From positions 35,650,001 through 35,714,000 of the forward strand of contig NC_083237.1 in NCBI RefSeq assembly GCF_032191835.1: a DNA stretch of 64,000 nucleotides. The letters are read 5' to 3'. The translations under genes were made by a program, and so were the position numbers. The notes under the pieces were generated by a model. The model was not told where the DNA came from. It was given only the letters and a program-made list of their open reading frames with translations, and made no database searches. This stretch comes from Heteronotia binoei (lineage: Eukaryota). The first letter of the stretch is position 1. Each line of letters starts with the position of its first letter. Below, piece by piece: positions 1-11,700 of the stretch.

Positions 1-1894
1 AAAACACACAGTAACGATAAAATGACAACAGCAGCTAAGGAAAGGCTACACCTGTTGAATGGCTACCACCTACTGTGTTCCCTTGATAGCCAGGAAAGAC
101 CTTCAATGGGTGCCCCTGTTTCTCAGCCTAAGGATACAGTGGTTGGTTGAGGGCAGTTAAACTGAGAGACAGGAATAATCACATTTCCTAGGCAAAGAGG
201 GGATTCGAACACAGGTCTCCGTGGAAGCACTGGCCTTGCAGGAGACTCTGGGGAGTCTGAAGTCAGCTGTTTGCCATGGGGGGGGAAATGGTATCCGGAG
301 GTCCACTCTGTTTAAATCCAAAAGTTCCATTTAGCTATCATGACCAGTAGCTGCTGATAGACCATCCTTCATGAAAGGCAATAATCTTTTAAAAACCTGT
401 CTGTGGTGGCACTTGCCATTTCTTGTGGCATTGTTGCATATGTTAATGAAGCCTTGTGCCTGCCCTGTTTTTACTACCAATCCATTTCATTCGGTTGCAG
501 TATTAGGAGGAAGAAATTCACCAGCCACCATCTCCGTGTCATTCACAATTGTGTAATCCAACTAATCTTGTATCCAAATGAACCGAAACACAATTGTATA
601 AACTCCTGCAGTGTTCTGAGCTTTAAAAAGCTCCAAATGTTCCATAGTTAGGAACCCTTTGATCACTGCAGTTGCACATTTTCTCGCTCTAAAAATCCGG
701 ATGTAAAACGCATTATTTAGTGTAGTGTGAACGCACGTGACACCCTTTTTGAGACTGATCTGTCTGAAAACAAACCTTGCGGCTGCATAAGAACCAAAAA
801 TACAATTTACTCTAATCCACAATTAATACATAAATAAAATTATGTAGAATAAAAACTTAGCTTCCAAAGCCACAACAGTATGCCCCCTCTAGACCTGGTT
901 TTCCAGAGGCAGCTGCACTCTGAAACCAGTTCATCACAACCCTGTAGGGTAGAGTATTACCACAGCCGTTTTAGCAGCACAGGACTGAAGCTGGTAATGG
1001 CGGCAGGAGGCGAGGGAGGGGGGGAGGATTGCACTGTATATCTGAGTCTGTGCCCTATGCGCTCTTACTTGGGAATACATCCGGGGTATTCATTAAGATT
1101 TATTTCTCAGTAAATATGTATGGAGTACATCCAGGGGCGGCATACTAGATTTATATACGTGACAATAACCATGGGTCATTTTGTTTACTACAGACTGGAA
1201 AACAGCTTTGCCAAAATGCACGAGATTTATGAGCTGGTCGGACAGTAATCCGAGGCAGCAGCAGGCAACTGGTTGACCAGCTCCTGGAGGGTTAAATATG
1301 TGGAGTATTCTGGGTCCTAGAGGCATCCAGATCTCCAAGGCACGGGGAGGGAAGGAATACAGGAGGGAGCTTCCTCTCTGAGTGAGCTCTATTCCCCCCC
1401 CCCCCCATCAGCAGTCGATCTGGAGATGGTTAGGTGCCCCCCAAGCTGGGGAAAGCTGCAGAGAGGTGAGTAGATGCCAAATCTGGAATGTGCCGGGTTG
1501 CAGTTTCAGGGCTGTTCTGGAACCTGCCAGGTTCTCTTTGATCGATGGAGAGAGTGAGAAATAAATGTTCTGCTGAAAGGGAGGTCTGTTATGTTCTATG
1601 GAGTGGTGGTCGTCGGCATGGCAGGGAGAGGAATCATTCCACTCAGGAAGGCACCCCAAACACTGTGCAGGTCTGACAGAAGTATCCTGCAAAATATGTT
1701 CTTTGCCATATTCGTCTTCACAGCACCCTTGTGAGACACAGGTCATTCTGGTTCCCGTTTTATGATAAGCCCTGACATATTGGTCCCTGGGTCTCAATGG
1801 CGAGTGGTGTACCTTGTGTGTGTGAAGTGGGTCTTGGAGTCCCAGATTAGTGCACCTTCAATATTCAAATCAGCTGTTTCCATATGTACCTATC

Positions 1895-2139
1895 AGTGTT
1901 TCCTCTAAGCTGAGCTAAGGCAAAAATGTGAGCCGGAGGCTAAAAAATTGTGAACTAGCTTACACTAGTGAGCTAGTTCACAATTTTTTAGCCTCCGGCT
2001 CACACATTTTTGCCTTAGGATGGTCCCAGAACAACATAATTTATGCAGTAGCCCAATTGCTCACTCACAACTTTAATGCCAGCAGCTCACAAAGTAGAAT
2101 TGTTGCTCACAAGATTCCACAGCTTAGCGGGAGCAGTGG
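1895..2139. mobile_element. hAT-type MITE
   Basis: Imperfect TIR CAGTGTTTCCTCTAAGCTG / CAGCTTAGCGGGAGCAGTG. Confidence 0.6.
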
Positions 2140-2875
2140 TACCCTCTTACACCCTATGTGTGATGCATGTCATCAAACAATCTGCAGGCATTAGCGTTCA
2201 GTGCAACAATACCAGACCCTGCCCCAGGAGTTTCGGAGTTTGGGAACCTAGCAATATTGTCTCAAAGATCACATAACACCTCTTGCTTCCTCCCTCCTTT
2301 GGTAGCTTCCTGACCCACATCTGAGGCCCCAACCTTTTAATATGCATCTTCTTCTGTTCCTAGATCCTGCATGATTTTTTATCTTCCTACAAAATCCACT
2401 TTCCATGTACCCGAGATGAGCCACATTGATGGTCCAGCATTCATTTACCAATCTTTTCCCCACATCACTATTCATCCCCACCCCACCACCAATTGTGACA
2501 TCACAGCAACTTTGTCTCTGTTGTGGTGGGGGCACCACAGACTGAAAGCCAGATTTTAGCTTATTGTTTATAAGATATAATTTCCCCCTTCATCTTTTAC
2601 TTCAGGAATCAACAGCGCTTTTTTAGATGGGAATTTTGCTGTTGTGTGTTACTTCTAGGGCTTTGCGACCTGAATGTCTTCTGGACAACATCGTTGATAA
2701 GACCAGACCTGCACTAGATCCACTGAGTATAACAGCCACTAGTTATGGCTGGGAAATGTGAAATTGAAGAGAGAAGAGGCCAAATCCAAGAAGGCAAAAT
2801 GATGGCAATCCAAGAGAAGTAACAATGTTTACTCTGCAGTTCCAGCAGGTCTTGTAAGCAACCCAGAGAGAAGAA

Positions 2876-3598
2876 ATGGAGGAGCCAAATCCATCACGCC
2901 ATGAACCAGGGCAGGGGTTGGTGACAGGAGCAGGAAAATCTCCACGGGCCATTCATGCTGGAGCCATTGGTGAATTTCTGAGGTGGGCCACACCTCATCA
3001 GGGTAGGTTTGAGAGACAGGAGGGAATGCCGCCACATGGAGAGGCCCAGTGGCAGGAAATCCTAAAGACAGTTCAGTCTTCGCATTCAGGCTGGACAAGT
3101 TCTCAGTTGCCGGATCTGCCTCCGTGGGATGATCTGTCCACGTTCGAGAGGGTGGCTGATCCCTGCCAGTGGTCCCGAGGAGAAAGCATGGCCAGACTTG
3201 TGCCAAACCTCAGTGGAGAAGGCCAGCACTTCTTTACCAGTCTGGAGGCCAGAGAGAGGGGAGATTATGGGAAGATGAAGGCTGCTACCCTCCGAGGGGA
3301 TGCCGTTAGTGCTGAGACACAGCGCCAACGCTTCCGCCAGTTCTGCTACCAGGAAGCCAAGGGACCCCGTGAGGCATGTAGCCGGTTGCGGGAACTATGC
3401 CATCGCTGGTTGGAGCCGGAGACCCGCACCAAGGAGCAGATCCTTGAGATGCTGATCCTGGAACAGTTCTTGACAATTCTGCCCAAGGAAATCCAGAACC
3501 AAGTCCGAGAACGTGGGCCCGAAACATGTGCTCAGGCGGTGGCCCTGGCAGAGGGATTCCTGCTGAGGCAGCGAGAGGGAGGAAAACAGGAACAGCAG
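2876..3598 (+). CDS. SCAN-domain zinc-finger gene (ZSCAN-like), coding exon 1: extended SCAN (capsid-like N-terminal part plus SCAN domain)
   Basis: Acceptor ctctgcag at 2839 and ATG at 2876. Translation has the SCAN signature [81 protein letters not shown]. Donor CAG|gtaaag after 3598 (phase 0). The ORF-track extension to 4027 is intron plus SINE. Confidence 0.93.
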
Positions 3599-3710
3599 GT
3601 AAAGACGTTTATTCTTGATTATCTGGAAGGGAAAGGGGTCCCAAGTGGGGGAATTTCCATAGATCCAAAAGTCATTCCTTTGACATGGATAGTTTTTGTC
3701 CTAGTCCCAG

Positions 3711-3990
3711 AGAGCCAGTTTGGTGTAGTGGTTAAGTGTGCGGACTCTTATCTGGAAGAACCGGGTTTGATTCTCCACTCCTCCACTTGCACCTGCTGGA
3801 ATGGCCTTGGGTCAGCCATAGCCCTGGCAGAGGTTGTCCTTGAAAGGGCAGCCGCTGTGAGAGCTCTCTCCAGCCCCACCCACCTCACAGGGTGTCTGTT
3901 GTGGGAGAGGAAGGTAAAGGAGATTGTGAGCTGCTCTGAGACTCTTCGGAGTAGAAGGTGGGATATAAATCCAATATCTTCTTCATCTTC
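3711..3990 (+). mobile_element. tRNA-headed SINE with L2-like 3' tail
   Basis: Head GAGCCAGTTTGGTGTAGTGGTTAAG (A box) and GGTTTGATTC (B-box-like); tail TGTGAGCTGCTCTGAG...GGGATATAAAT. Related copies at 25140-25385(-), 31716-31996(+) and 38845-39015(-). Confidence 0.8.
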
Positions 3991-4585
3991 AGATGTACAG
4001 CTAGCTTGGTTATTCAGTGGAGAGTAAATGCACATACTTAGAAGCAAGCACAGGACATCTTTGTAAGCCCAAGGTCTCATTCTGAAGACAAATTCTAGAA
4101 CTGATCTAAGGTTGCCAATGTCCAGGTGGTGGCTGGAGTTTGTCTGTTCTTACGACTGATCTCCAGATGAAAGCGATCAGTTCACCTGGAGAAAATGGCC
4201 ACTTTGGAAGGTAGACTCTATGGCATTACACCCTACTTCATCCCCTCCCCAAACTCTGCCATCCTTAGGCTCCACCTCCATAATCCCAAGTATTTTCCAA
4301 CCAGGAGCTAGCAACTCTAGATTGATCTCAAAATATATTTGTAAGGGGTGATGCAGCCTTTCTCACAGCTGGGTGTCTGAGAGGACTGCTATGTCCACAT
4401 TGCTATGGAATAATCCGGAAGCAGCAAAGAAGACATCTGCAGATGCTTGGCCGCATGGTTTCTCAAGGAGGTGAGTCCACAGTCACAAATGGTCACCTGA
4501 TTTCACTCTCCCTGAAGTGGAGAGCATTTGCTTTGCAGATAGATGATGCCAGGTTCAATCCCTGGTGTCTCCAGCTCAAAAGGTA

Positions 4586-4833
4586 CAGACCGATTTCGCA
4601 CACAGCTTACCCTGCGGTCACGTTCCTGTTTTCTGCTTGGCGTCCATCGGATTTCCCACTATCTGCGCCGGAGTTACAGGAAGTAGCAAACGTAAACTGG
4701 GTTTTAGCGGTTTACGTTTGCTACGCGAAAGCCGCAACACTTCCTGTAACTCCGGCGCAGAGAGTGGGAAATCCGACAGACGCTGTGCAGAGAACAGGAA
4801 CATGACCGCATGGTAAGCTGTGTGCAAAATCAG
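4586..4833. mobile_element. Palindromic MITE (~250 bp) inserted into a tRNA-derived SINE
   Basis: Arms of about 95 bp (GATTTCGCACACAGCTTACC...GGTAAGCTGTGTGCAAAATC) plus an inner 13-bp hairpin AGCAAACGTAAAC/GTTTACGTTTGCT, flanked by TA. SINE halves at about 4505-4585 and 4834-4930. Confidence 0.75.
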
Positions 4834-5558
4834 TAGCAGTCATGTGGAAGACCTTGGCCTAAGACTCTGGAAAGCCTCTGCTAATCAGGGTAGACCTAGA
4901 CCAATGGACAGGTTCAGTATAAAGCATTTTCTTCTGGAAGAATTCTCAAGGTTACAGCCGTTTGCCTCAACCTGTAATGAGAAGGCCAAAGCATGAGAAC
5001 CCAGCTAAGACTGATTTTGTCAGGACTGGGGCCTACAGAGGATCAGATACTAGGTCAGATCCAACTAGCTTTTCTACTAGTGGAAAAGTATGGAGACATT
5101 GTCTTTGACCACTGAAAAGGCTATGCTGAAAATCATGTGTGGACAAAAATCCACAGAGGGCAGGGGTATCATGTGGAAGGGAACTGGGAAAGTTGTGTGA
5201 AAAGCAGGCAGGATCCAACCCATTGTATGGAATGTCATTTATTTTACTTCATTTATTGTTTGCCTTTCTCACTGAGACTCAAGGTGAATTATTGTTTGTC
5301 ACAGATGACTTGAATAATGATCAGAACAACACAGTGTAATGCTTTTGCCTGTCCTGGAGTAAGAAGAAGCAGCCATTTGTAGGCTTCAGTTGAGTGAGAT
5401 CATTTTACTTCTGTCAACAGATAAACATTATGTGCACAGTTACCTGCTGCTCCAAAGGGATGTTGACTAGGCCCCCTCTTTGTAAATGACAAAATGAGGC
5501 AAAACAGTCCTAAGATTCCCTCTTCTTAGTCTCATTGGAATTGCTGTACCTGTTTCAG

Positions 5559-5679
5559 GTCATGGCATCGCTTCAAGGGGGGACCACAAACTGCTCTGAG
5601 ATACCGCATCCTCCGGCAAATGCCAGGCCAAGGCAAAGCTACAAAGAAATCAGGCAGCAAGACAATGGGAACGCACTAG
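5559..5679 (+). CDS. SCAN-ZNF gene, coding exon 2 (linker)
   Basis: Acceptor ctgtttcag| and donor CTAG|gtaagg; 121 nt, phase 0 to 1. It exactly bridges the phase-0 SCAN exon and the phase-1 zinc-finger exon (VMASLQGG...DNGNALG). Confidence 0.8.
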
Positions 5680-5799
5680 GTAAGGATTGGGGGTCCACCT
5701 TGCACCAACTCCTTCTCTCTCTCTCTGTGTCTCCCCTGTAGTCTTACTCTTATCATATGAATCTGACTTTCTCCCTGGCTGAAAACATTGAATGGAGTG

Positions 5800-5958
5800 C
5801 AGGGCCAGCCCTAGACTGTCTGGCACCCTAAGCAAGGCTAATTTCTGGTGCCCCCCCCCCCTTTGTACTGATAACATCACACCAAGTCACATGGATGCCC
5901 CTAGAAGGCCAGCACCCTAAGCAATCACCTAGTTTGCCTCATGGCAGGGCCGGCCCTG
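5800..5958. mobile_element. hAT-type MITE
   Basis: TIR CAGGGCC(A/G)GCCCT / AGGGCCGGCCCTG and a perfect 8-bp TSD ATGGAGTG (5792-5799, 5959-5966). Confidence 0.85.
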
Positions 5959-7344
5959 ATGGAGTGTTCTCCTGCACACATTTTGGCTGGTCCTCTGCTT
6001 TGAGATTGTAGCAATGACTTCTGATAGAAAAAAAAAGTGACTGGATGGCATGAAGAATCAGAAACTGCTGTTTAAAACTTATAGGACTGGATCTAACCAT
6101 TTTTCTGATGCTGAAAAAGGGAAGGAAGAGTCTCCTCCACCCCAAAAGGCAGCACTGTGCGTCATGAGACCTGAGTGAACTAAAATCCACATAAAATGAG
6201 GTTGTACTAAGGAGAAAAATTGGGTCAAAAAACTGGCTGGATCCAAATGATATTCTACTGTTCTGGAGCAATTTAGCTCACATGCCATATAGCATACAAC
6301 TCCTGACTTACAAAGTTGCCTTCAACAGATTTAACCCTATATGATAGCCAGTGTGGTGTGGTGGTTAAGTGCGCCCAGGGCTGGCCCGAAAGCGGGCAGC
6401 ACCCCAGGCAGACTTACTGCCCCTGCACCCCCAGGCCAACCCCCTCCTGTTTTTTCTGCAGTGCTGCAACGCAGCGCCACACTTCGCTCCACACACACAC
6501 ATACACACACCCGACGTGTTCAGACATCAGCCTCGCGTTTACCAGCTTTGGGGGGAGGGCATCAGAATAGCACTCTCTTAATAGAGAGCAGAACGAGGCT
6601 TTGCTTTCCCCTCCCTTCCTGTTCCAGAGGGAGGGGTGAGAGCGAAGCCTCTTCCTGCTTTATATTAAGAGAAGGGTCTTTTTGCAATGCCAACCAAAAT
6701 GGGTAAGCATGAGGCTGGTGTCGCTACTCTGAGCGTGTGTGGGGGGAGGGGGGCAGCGGCACAGCAGTGGGTAGGCTACCTCTGTATTCTTGGTGCTTGG
6801 AGGGGGGAAACAGTGGGAAGGCTTCTAGTGTCCTGGCTCCACTGATGAATCTCCTGATGGCATCTAATTTTTTTGGCCACTGTGTGACACAGAATGTTGG
6901 ACTGGATGGGCCATTGGCCTGATCCAACATGGCTTCTCTTATGGCACACAAGGAAAAGAGCCTTAAGCCCTTCCCTAGCTGTTTTCTTGGCCTGATATAG
7001 ATCTGGCAAATGGATTGCTTAAGTGTCCTCTCCCCCTGTGCCATATAATGGAATCCAAATCATGGCATTGTTCAGAAAGGGGATTTCCAGGATGTGTCTG
7101 ATTAACAGAATGCAGAGTGGTTATGTGGAGGATGTGAACAGTTTGCAATGAATGATTTGCCTGCCAGTCAGCAGCTAGCTGGTGTAGTATAGTGATCTGG
7201 TAAGATGTGACTAAAAGTGAGAGCTGAAAATTAGAAGTCTACAGTTCAAGTCTCTCTTGAATGAGATGTGATTCATCAGCCTAAACTGGACTTAATCCCA
7301 CATGCATACAGTCATCCCCCGTAGTGTATTAATTATTTTGTATA

Positions 7345-7600
7345 TTAGGTCAGGTGGAGCTCCCCGAGGAGATTGTTTCATAATTTGGGGCTGCTACTGA
7401 AAAGGCCCTCTCATGTGTTCCCACCCGACAAGCTTTTTTCATCATTTGGATACTCAAGAGGGCCTCTCCCTCTTAGTTCGCAGACAGGAACATATGGGAG
7501 AAGATATCCTTTAGATACCCCAGTCCCAAGCCATCTATGGCTTTAAAGGTAAAAACAACACTTTGAATTGGGCTCAGGAGGGGATCAGATGGCGGTGTAA
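7345..7600 (-). mobile_element. Old L2 3' fragment in SCAN-ZNF intron 2
   Basis: Minus translation VVFTFKAIDGLGLGYLKD resembles VLVLTFKALYGQGPAYLRD of the intact L2 at about 50790. Confidence 0.6.
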
Positions 7601-7756
7601 TTGCTGTAATATTGGAAATCACATGATAACTAGCTCCAACCAGTAGTCTAGCTGCAAAAGTCCACACTTCAATTACAATGCAGAACATCACTGCCCATTT
7701 ACTTTTATTGTGCAGCTCCCCTTGATCACATCTGATTTTTCTTTCTCACTCAACAG

Positions 7757-8799
7757 GTGCCAAGTTTTTAGGAAGAGCTGGACAGTGTTTCCAGTGTCCA
7801 GACTGTGGGAAAAGATTTAGGGGAGAAGAGGAGCTCCGGGCTCACAGCGGTATCCACAGGAAGGACAGACCTCACGCCTGTGTTCAGTGTGGAAAAAGGT
7901 TCACCCGCCCATCGGGCCTAGCCAAGCATTTGAAAACGCACTCAGGAGAAAAACCCTACCACTGCGGCCAGTGCTCCAAAAGCTTCATCCAGATGTCCCA
8001 CCTCACCAGGCATCAACGAATCCACACCGGGGAGAAACCCCACCCTTGTGCTGAATGTGGGAAACGTTTCAACTGCCCATCGGACTTGGCCAAACACCAG
8101 CACATCCACACGGGAGAGAAACCCTTCCGTTGTGCCGAGTGCGGGGCAAGGTTCAACCAGTTCTCACACCTCACGCGGCATCAGAGGATCCATACGGGAG
8201 AGAAGCCTCACGCCTGTACCGAGTGTGGGGAAACCTTTAGCCAGCGGGCGCATCTTATCAGCCATCAGAGGATCCATACGGGAGAAAGGCCATATCGGTG
8301 CACCTATTGCCAAAAATGTTTCAGCCACCTCTCAGCCCTCACGGTACACAAGAGGATCCATATGGGCCAAAGACCCTACGGCTGCCCAGAGTGTGGGAAA
8401 AGGTTCATAGCCTCATCGGCTCTAACCAGGCACCAGAGGACGCACTCGGAAGAAAGGCCTCACACTTGCGATGAGTGTGGCCGGAGATTCAACCAACTGT
8501 CACACCTTCACAGGCACCGACGTACCCACTCAGGCGAGAGGCCGCACAGCTGTGCCGAGTGTGGGAAAAGATTCAACCAGCTGTCCTCTCTCACCAGGCA
8601 CCAGAAAATCCATACCGGAGAGAAGCCTTACTCCTGTGATGAGTGTGAGAGGAGGTTTGTCCGGCTGGCTGACCTTATCATCCACCAGAGAATCCACACA
8701 GGAGAGAAGCCCTATCGTTGCACTGAGTGCGGAAGGAGGTTCCGTCAGAGACAGACTCTTGTCAAGCACCAGAGACTCCACCCCAGAGCAAGTTCTTAA
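7757..8799 (+). CDS. SCAN-ZNF gene, terminal exon with 12 tandem C2H2 fingers
   Basis: Acceptor ttttctttctcactcaacag|. Open frame from 7759 (AKFLGRAGQCFQCPDC...) through 12 C-x2-C-x12-H-x3-H fingers with TGEKP-type linkers to TAA at 8797-8799. The spliced CDS is 1887 nt (628 aa). No KRAB exon was recognised. Confidence 0.95.
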
Positions 8800-11700
8800 C
8801 AACACACAAATTGCAACAATTTTCATCCTTTGGGGAGCTTGTATCCAGAATGTGGATGTTCCAAGAGAGGTTTAATCTCGATATTGAATTTTCTCCACTC
8901 ACCTTATCTTTGGTACCACCGAGGGAATGGAGCTTTATTGGCATAGTTTCCAAACCGTTTTAACAAAGAGGATCTTCCAGTAGAATTTTGTTTTATGAAC
9001 CGAAAGATCTCACACACTTTTCCCTTTTGTATCCATTCTTGTTGTCCAAACACCCCGACAATGGCAGCTTGTAATACTGGATCCAAGCTGAGTGCTGAAT
9101 CTCTTTGAGAATGGAACCTGTTGGATGAGGAAGTTTCTCACAACATTCCAGTGCCATAAAGACCCTCTGATCAATGAAATGTTATCACCATGATGAAGAC
9201 ATTTTAGCTTAGGCAACGACAGATTGGCTCCTTAAAATATTTGAGAAGGAAATATGGGAAACAGAGATGGATGGGGGCAACTACTCTGAACAGACTTTTT
9301 TGTGTGTTACTGTTCTGGTCCTCCCTCACCCACTTTTAAAACTCCTTTTGTCCACTGGTCTTCCTTAGCATTGTAAAGGTGACACTCTGCCACAACTGTT
9401 GCTTTTCACAGTGGGACTGTTTCAGCTGAAGGAATCCTATCCTGTGTCTCAGTCTGAACTTTTGATTGTTGGCTGATACAGTTATTGTGAAGCCAAAGCA
9501 GCCTTCCAGTTTTTGTCAGTGGCCCAGTGAGGTGGATCATTTTTATTCCCACTTTTCCAGATGAGGGAACTAAGGGATAATGGCTTGTCTGGCACCACAG
9601 AGTGAGGCAGAATTGGAGTCCAGGCTTTCCAAAGGTGGTTTGTTTGGTATTGTTGGGTTAATGGTAGCTCTGGTTTCCATTCCTTCTTATTTGTAGATCT
9701 CTCTTACACACACAACACATGGAAAAGCAAATGTGTGAGCACCCCTTTACCTTTATTTTGTAGTAGGAAAAGAGAAAACTCAGGCAATTACTGACAACAG
9801 TGCTACTGTCTTCAGCTGTGATCAGGCTTCATTTGGCTTCCTAACATCACTATTGTATACATCTCTTTCTTGTCCTCATTTTTCAGACAAGTCACCAAAG
9901 GCCAGGGTCCCTCAGTGAGGCAAGGCAGGCTTTAGACAGAAGTCCAAACCACATTTTTTTGCCTTTTGAACTTCCTTATCCCAGTTTTGCCAAGATTCCA
10001 TCTCAAGGGAAGAAGTTGAGTGGCTTTAATTTCCTTTCCTCCATGCCAGAACTGCAGCCAATTCTGTTTGGTGTCTAAACCTCATTCTGCGCCCACCTTT
10101 TCTGGGGACTTTGCTAACAGGGGTATTTTCTTCTAGAGACAGAAGCTTGGAACCCTTGCAGAGGCACAAAACAAAGCAGCTCATGAGTCAGATGATGTTT
10201 GGCTATACTTTTGCTCTGCCAGAAGCAGCTTGTGTTTTCAGTCCAGTTTGGCCCAAGTGCTTCATGGCTTGGTAGCTAAGCAGGGTCAGCCATGGTCACT
10301 ACTTGGATGAGAGGCCACCAAGAAAGACTGGGGTTGCTGCATGGAAGAAGGCAATGACAAACCACTGCTGCTCATGTCTTGCATTGAACACCACATGATT
10401 GGGGTTACCAGGAGTCAGTTGTGACTTGAAGGCACATGCTCTCTTATGAGACAACCCCATCATGAGCATCTTTATAAGGATATACCTTCTGCTGACCACT
10501 TACATTTCAAACCTTGCTTGTGTCAGATCATGAATCCATCTGATGACCATTCTGGTTTGGGATGGGGCTGACAGTTAATTAGAGAGTTTCCTGTGCATTG
10601 AGCAATGCTTTGCCACTGAACTGTTTTCCTTCCTTATCTCTATCATCCCTGCAGTCTTACCCATTGCATTGGGATCCAAAGCTGAAATAGCATCTCTTTG
10701 GTGCTTTAGTAAACATGGGGGGAAGGAATGTCATTATGTTTCCATCCACTCTGGTTACTGACTTTTGTTATCCTAGTTGACATGAAAAATGCTGCTCCTT
10801 GCCTGAGGCCAGGACACTGCACCTTCCCTGCTTCTTTCAAAATCATTGGGTGGAAATGGGAACAACTTGGCAGAGAGGGCTAGCTTGGGAAAGACCGAGA
10901 TACTAAGTGTATTCCTCTGGGATGCTTCTGGGATTGGGGAATACCGTGAGAAAGCTGTTTTCCCTCCCAACCATGTGGCTTACAGATACCTCCTGTTTCC
11001 AGGAGATGATGGCTCTAAAGAGTCATTATTGTTTGCTTCAACAGGAGCCTTGTTTCCAAGATGCAGGAATAGTTCCACTCCCCTCAGCTCTGCTGTATTT
11101 CAGTACTCAGCTTCACAGCCATCCATCTCAAAGTTACAAGCTGCAGGGGAATTTGATGAGGGCCTTGACATATAGAAGTGGCCTAGTAACCAATGAGACC
11201 TGGGGTTGAATCCAGCCAATCTTTTGACTCCAACTCACCTAATCCTTTTCCATACTACAGCATCCTTTTCCCATAGAGTTCTCATGATTCTCCCTGTAAC
11301 CCTTTTGGCATGTCAAAGGAGACCCTTGCTTCCATTTCCATCAGCAGACAAGCTGGTTGGATTCAACTTGTGGATATTTTTAGCCTAGAGAAAAGAAAGT
11401 GTTGGGGCTTTTAATCCTTCTTTTTGGACATGAGAAATGGAGAACTGCCTCTAGGGCCGAACCAATAAAACAACAAACACTCTGAAATTACGAGCTTCAA
11501 GGGCCGTGTGTCTGGGAGAGCAAGTTTTTCCCTTCCAACCTTCAATTCTATTTAACTCTGCATTTCTGCCTTCCATTTGCCTTTTGCACTCCTCGCAAAC
11601 TGTTTTCCAGCAAGAAACATTATAAACTTGCTGGGGTGATCGTACAATGGCAGGTGGGGGCAGTATTCTTGATGGAAAGTAGGAAGCCACAAAATAAAGC

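Noticed and set aside
3599-4027. C-terminal 143 aa of the 383-aa ORF
   Set aside because: Read-through past a strong donor at 3598 into intron and a SINE; the same pseudo-peptide recurs in other SINE copies.
6628-6703. Exon-like segment (ttccag|...AATGG|gtaagc) in SCAN-ZNF intron 2
   Set aside because: Open only as phase 2-2, while the flanking exons need phase 1-1; the phase-1 frame hits TAA.
9100-9140. EWNLLDEE resembling a KRAB-A fragment
   Set aside because: Preceded by a stop, no other KRAB residues, and it lies downstream of the ZNF stop codon.
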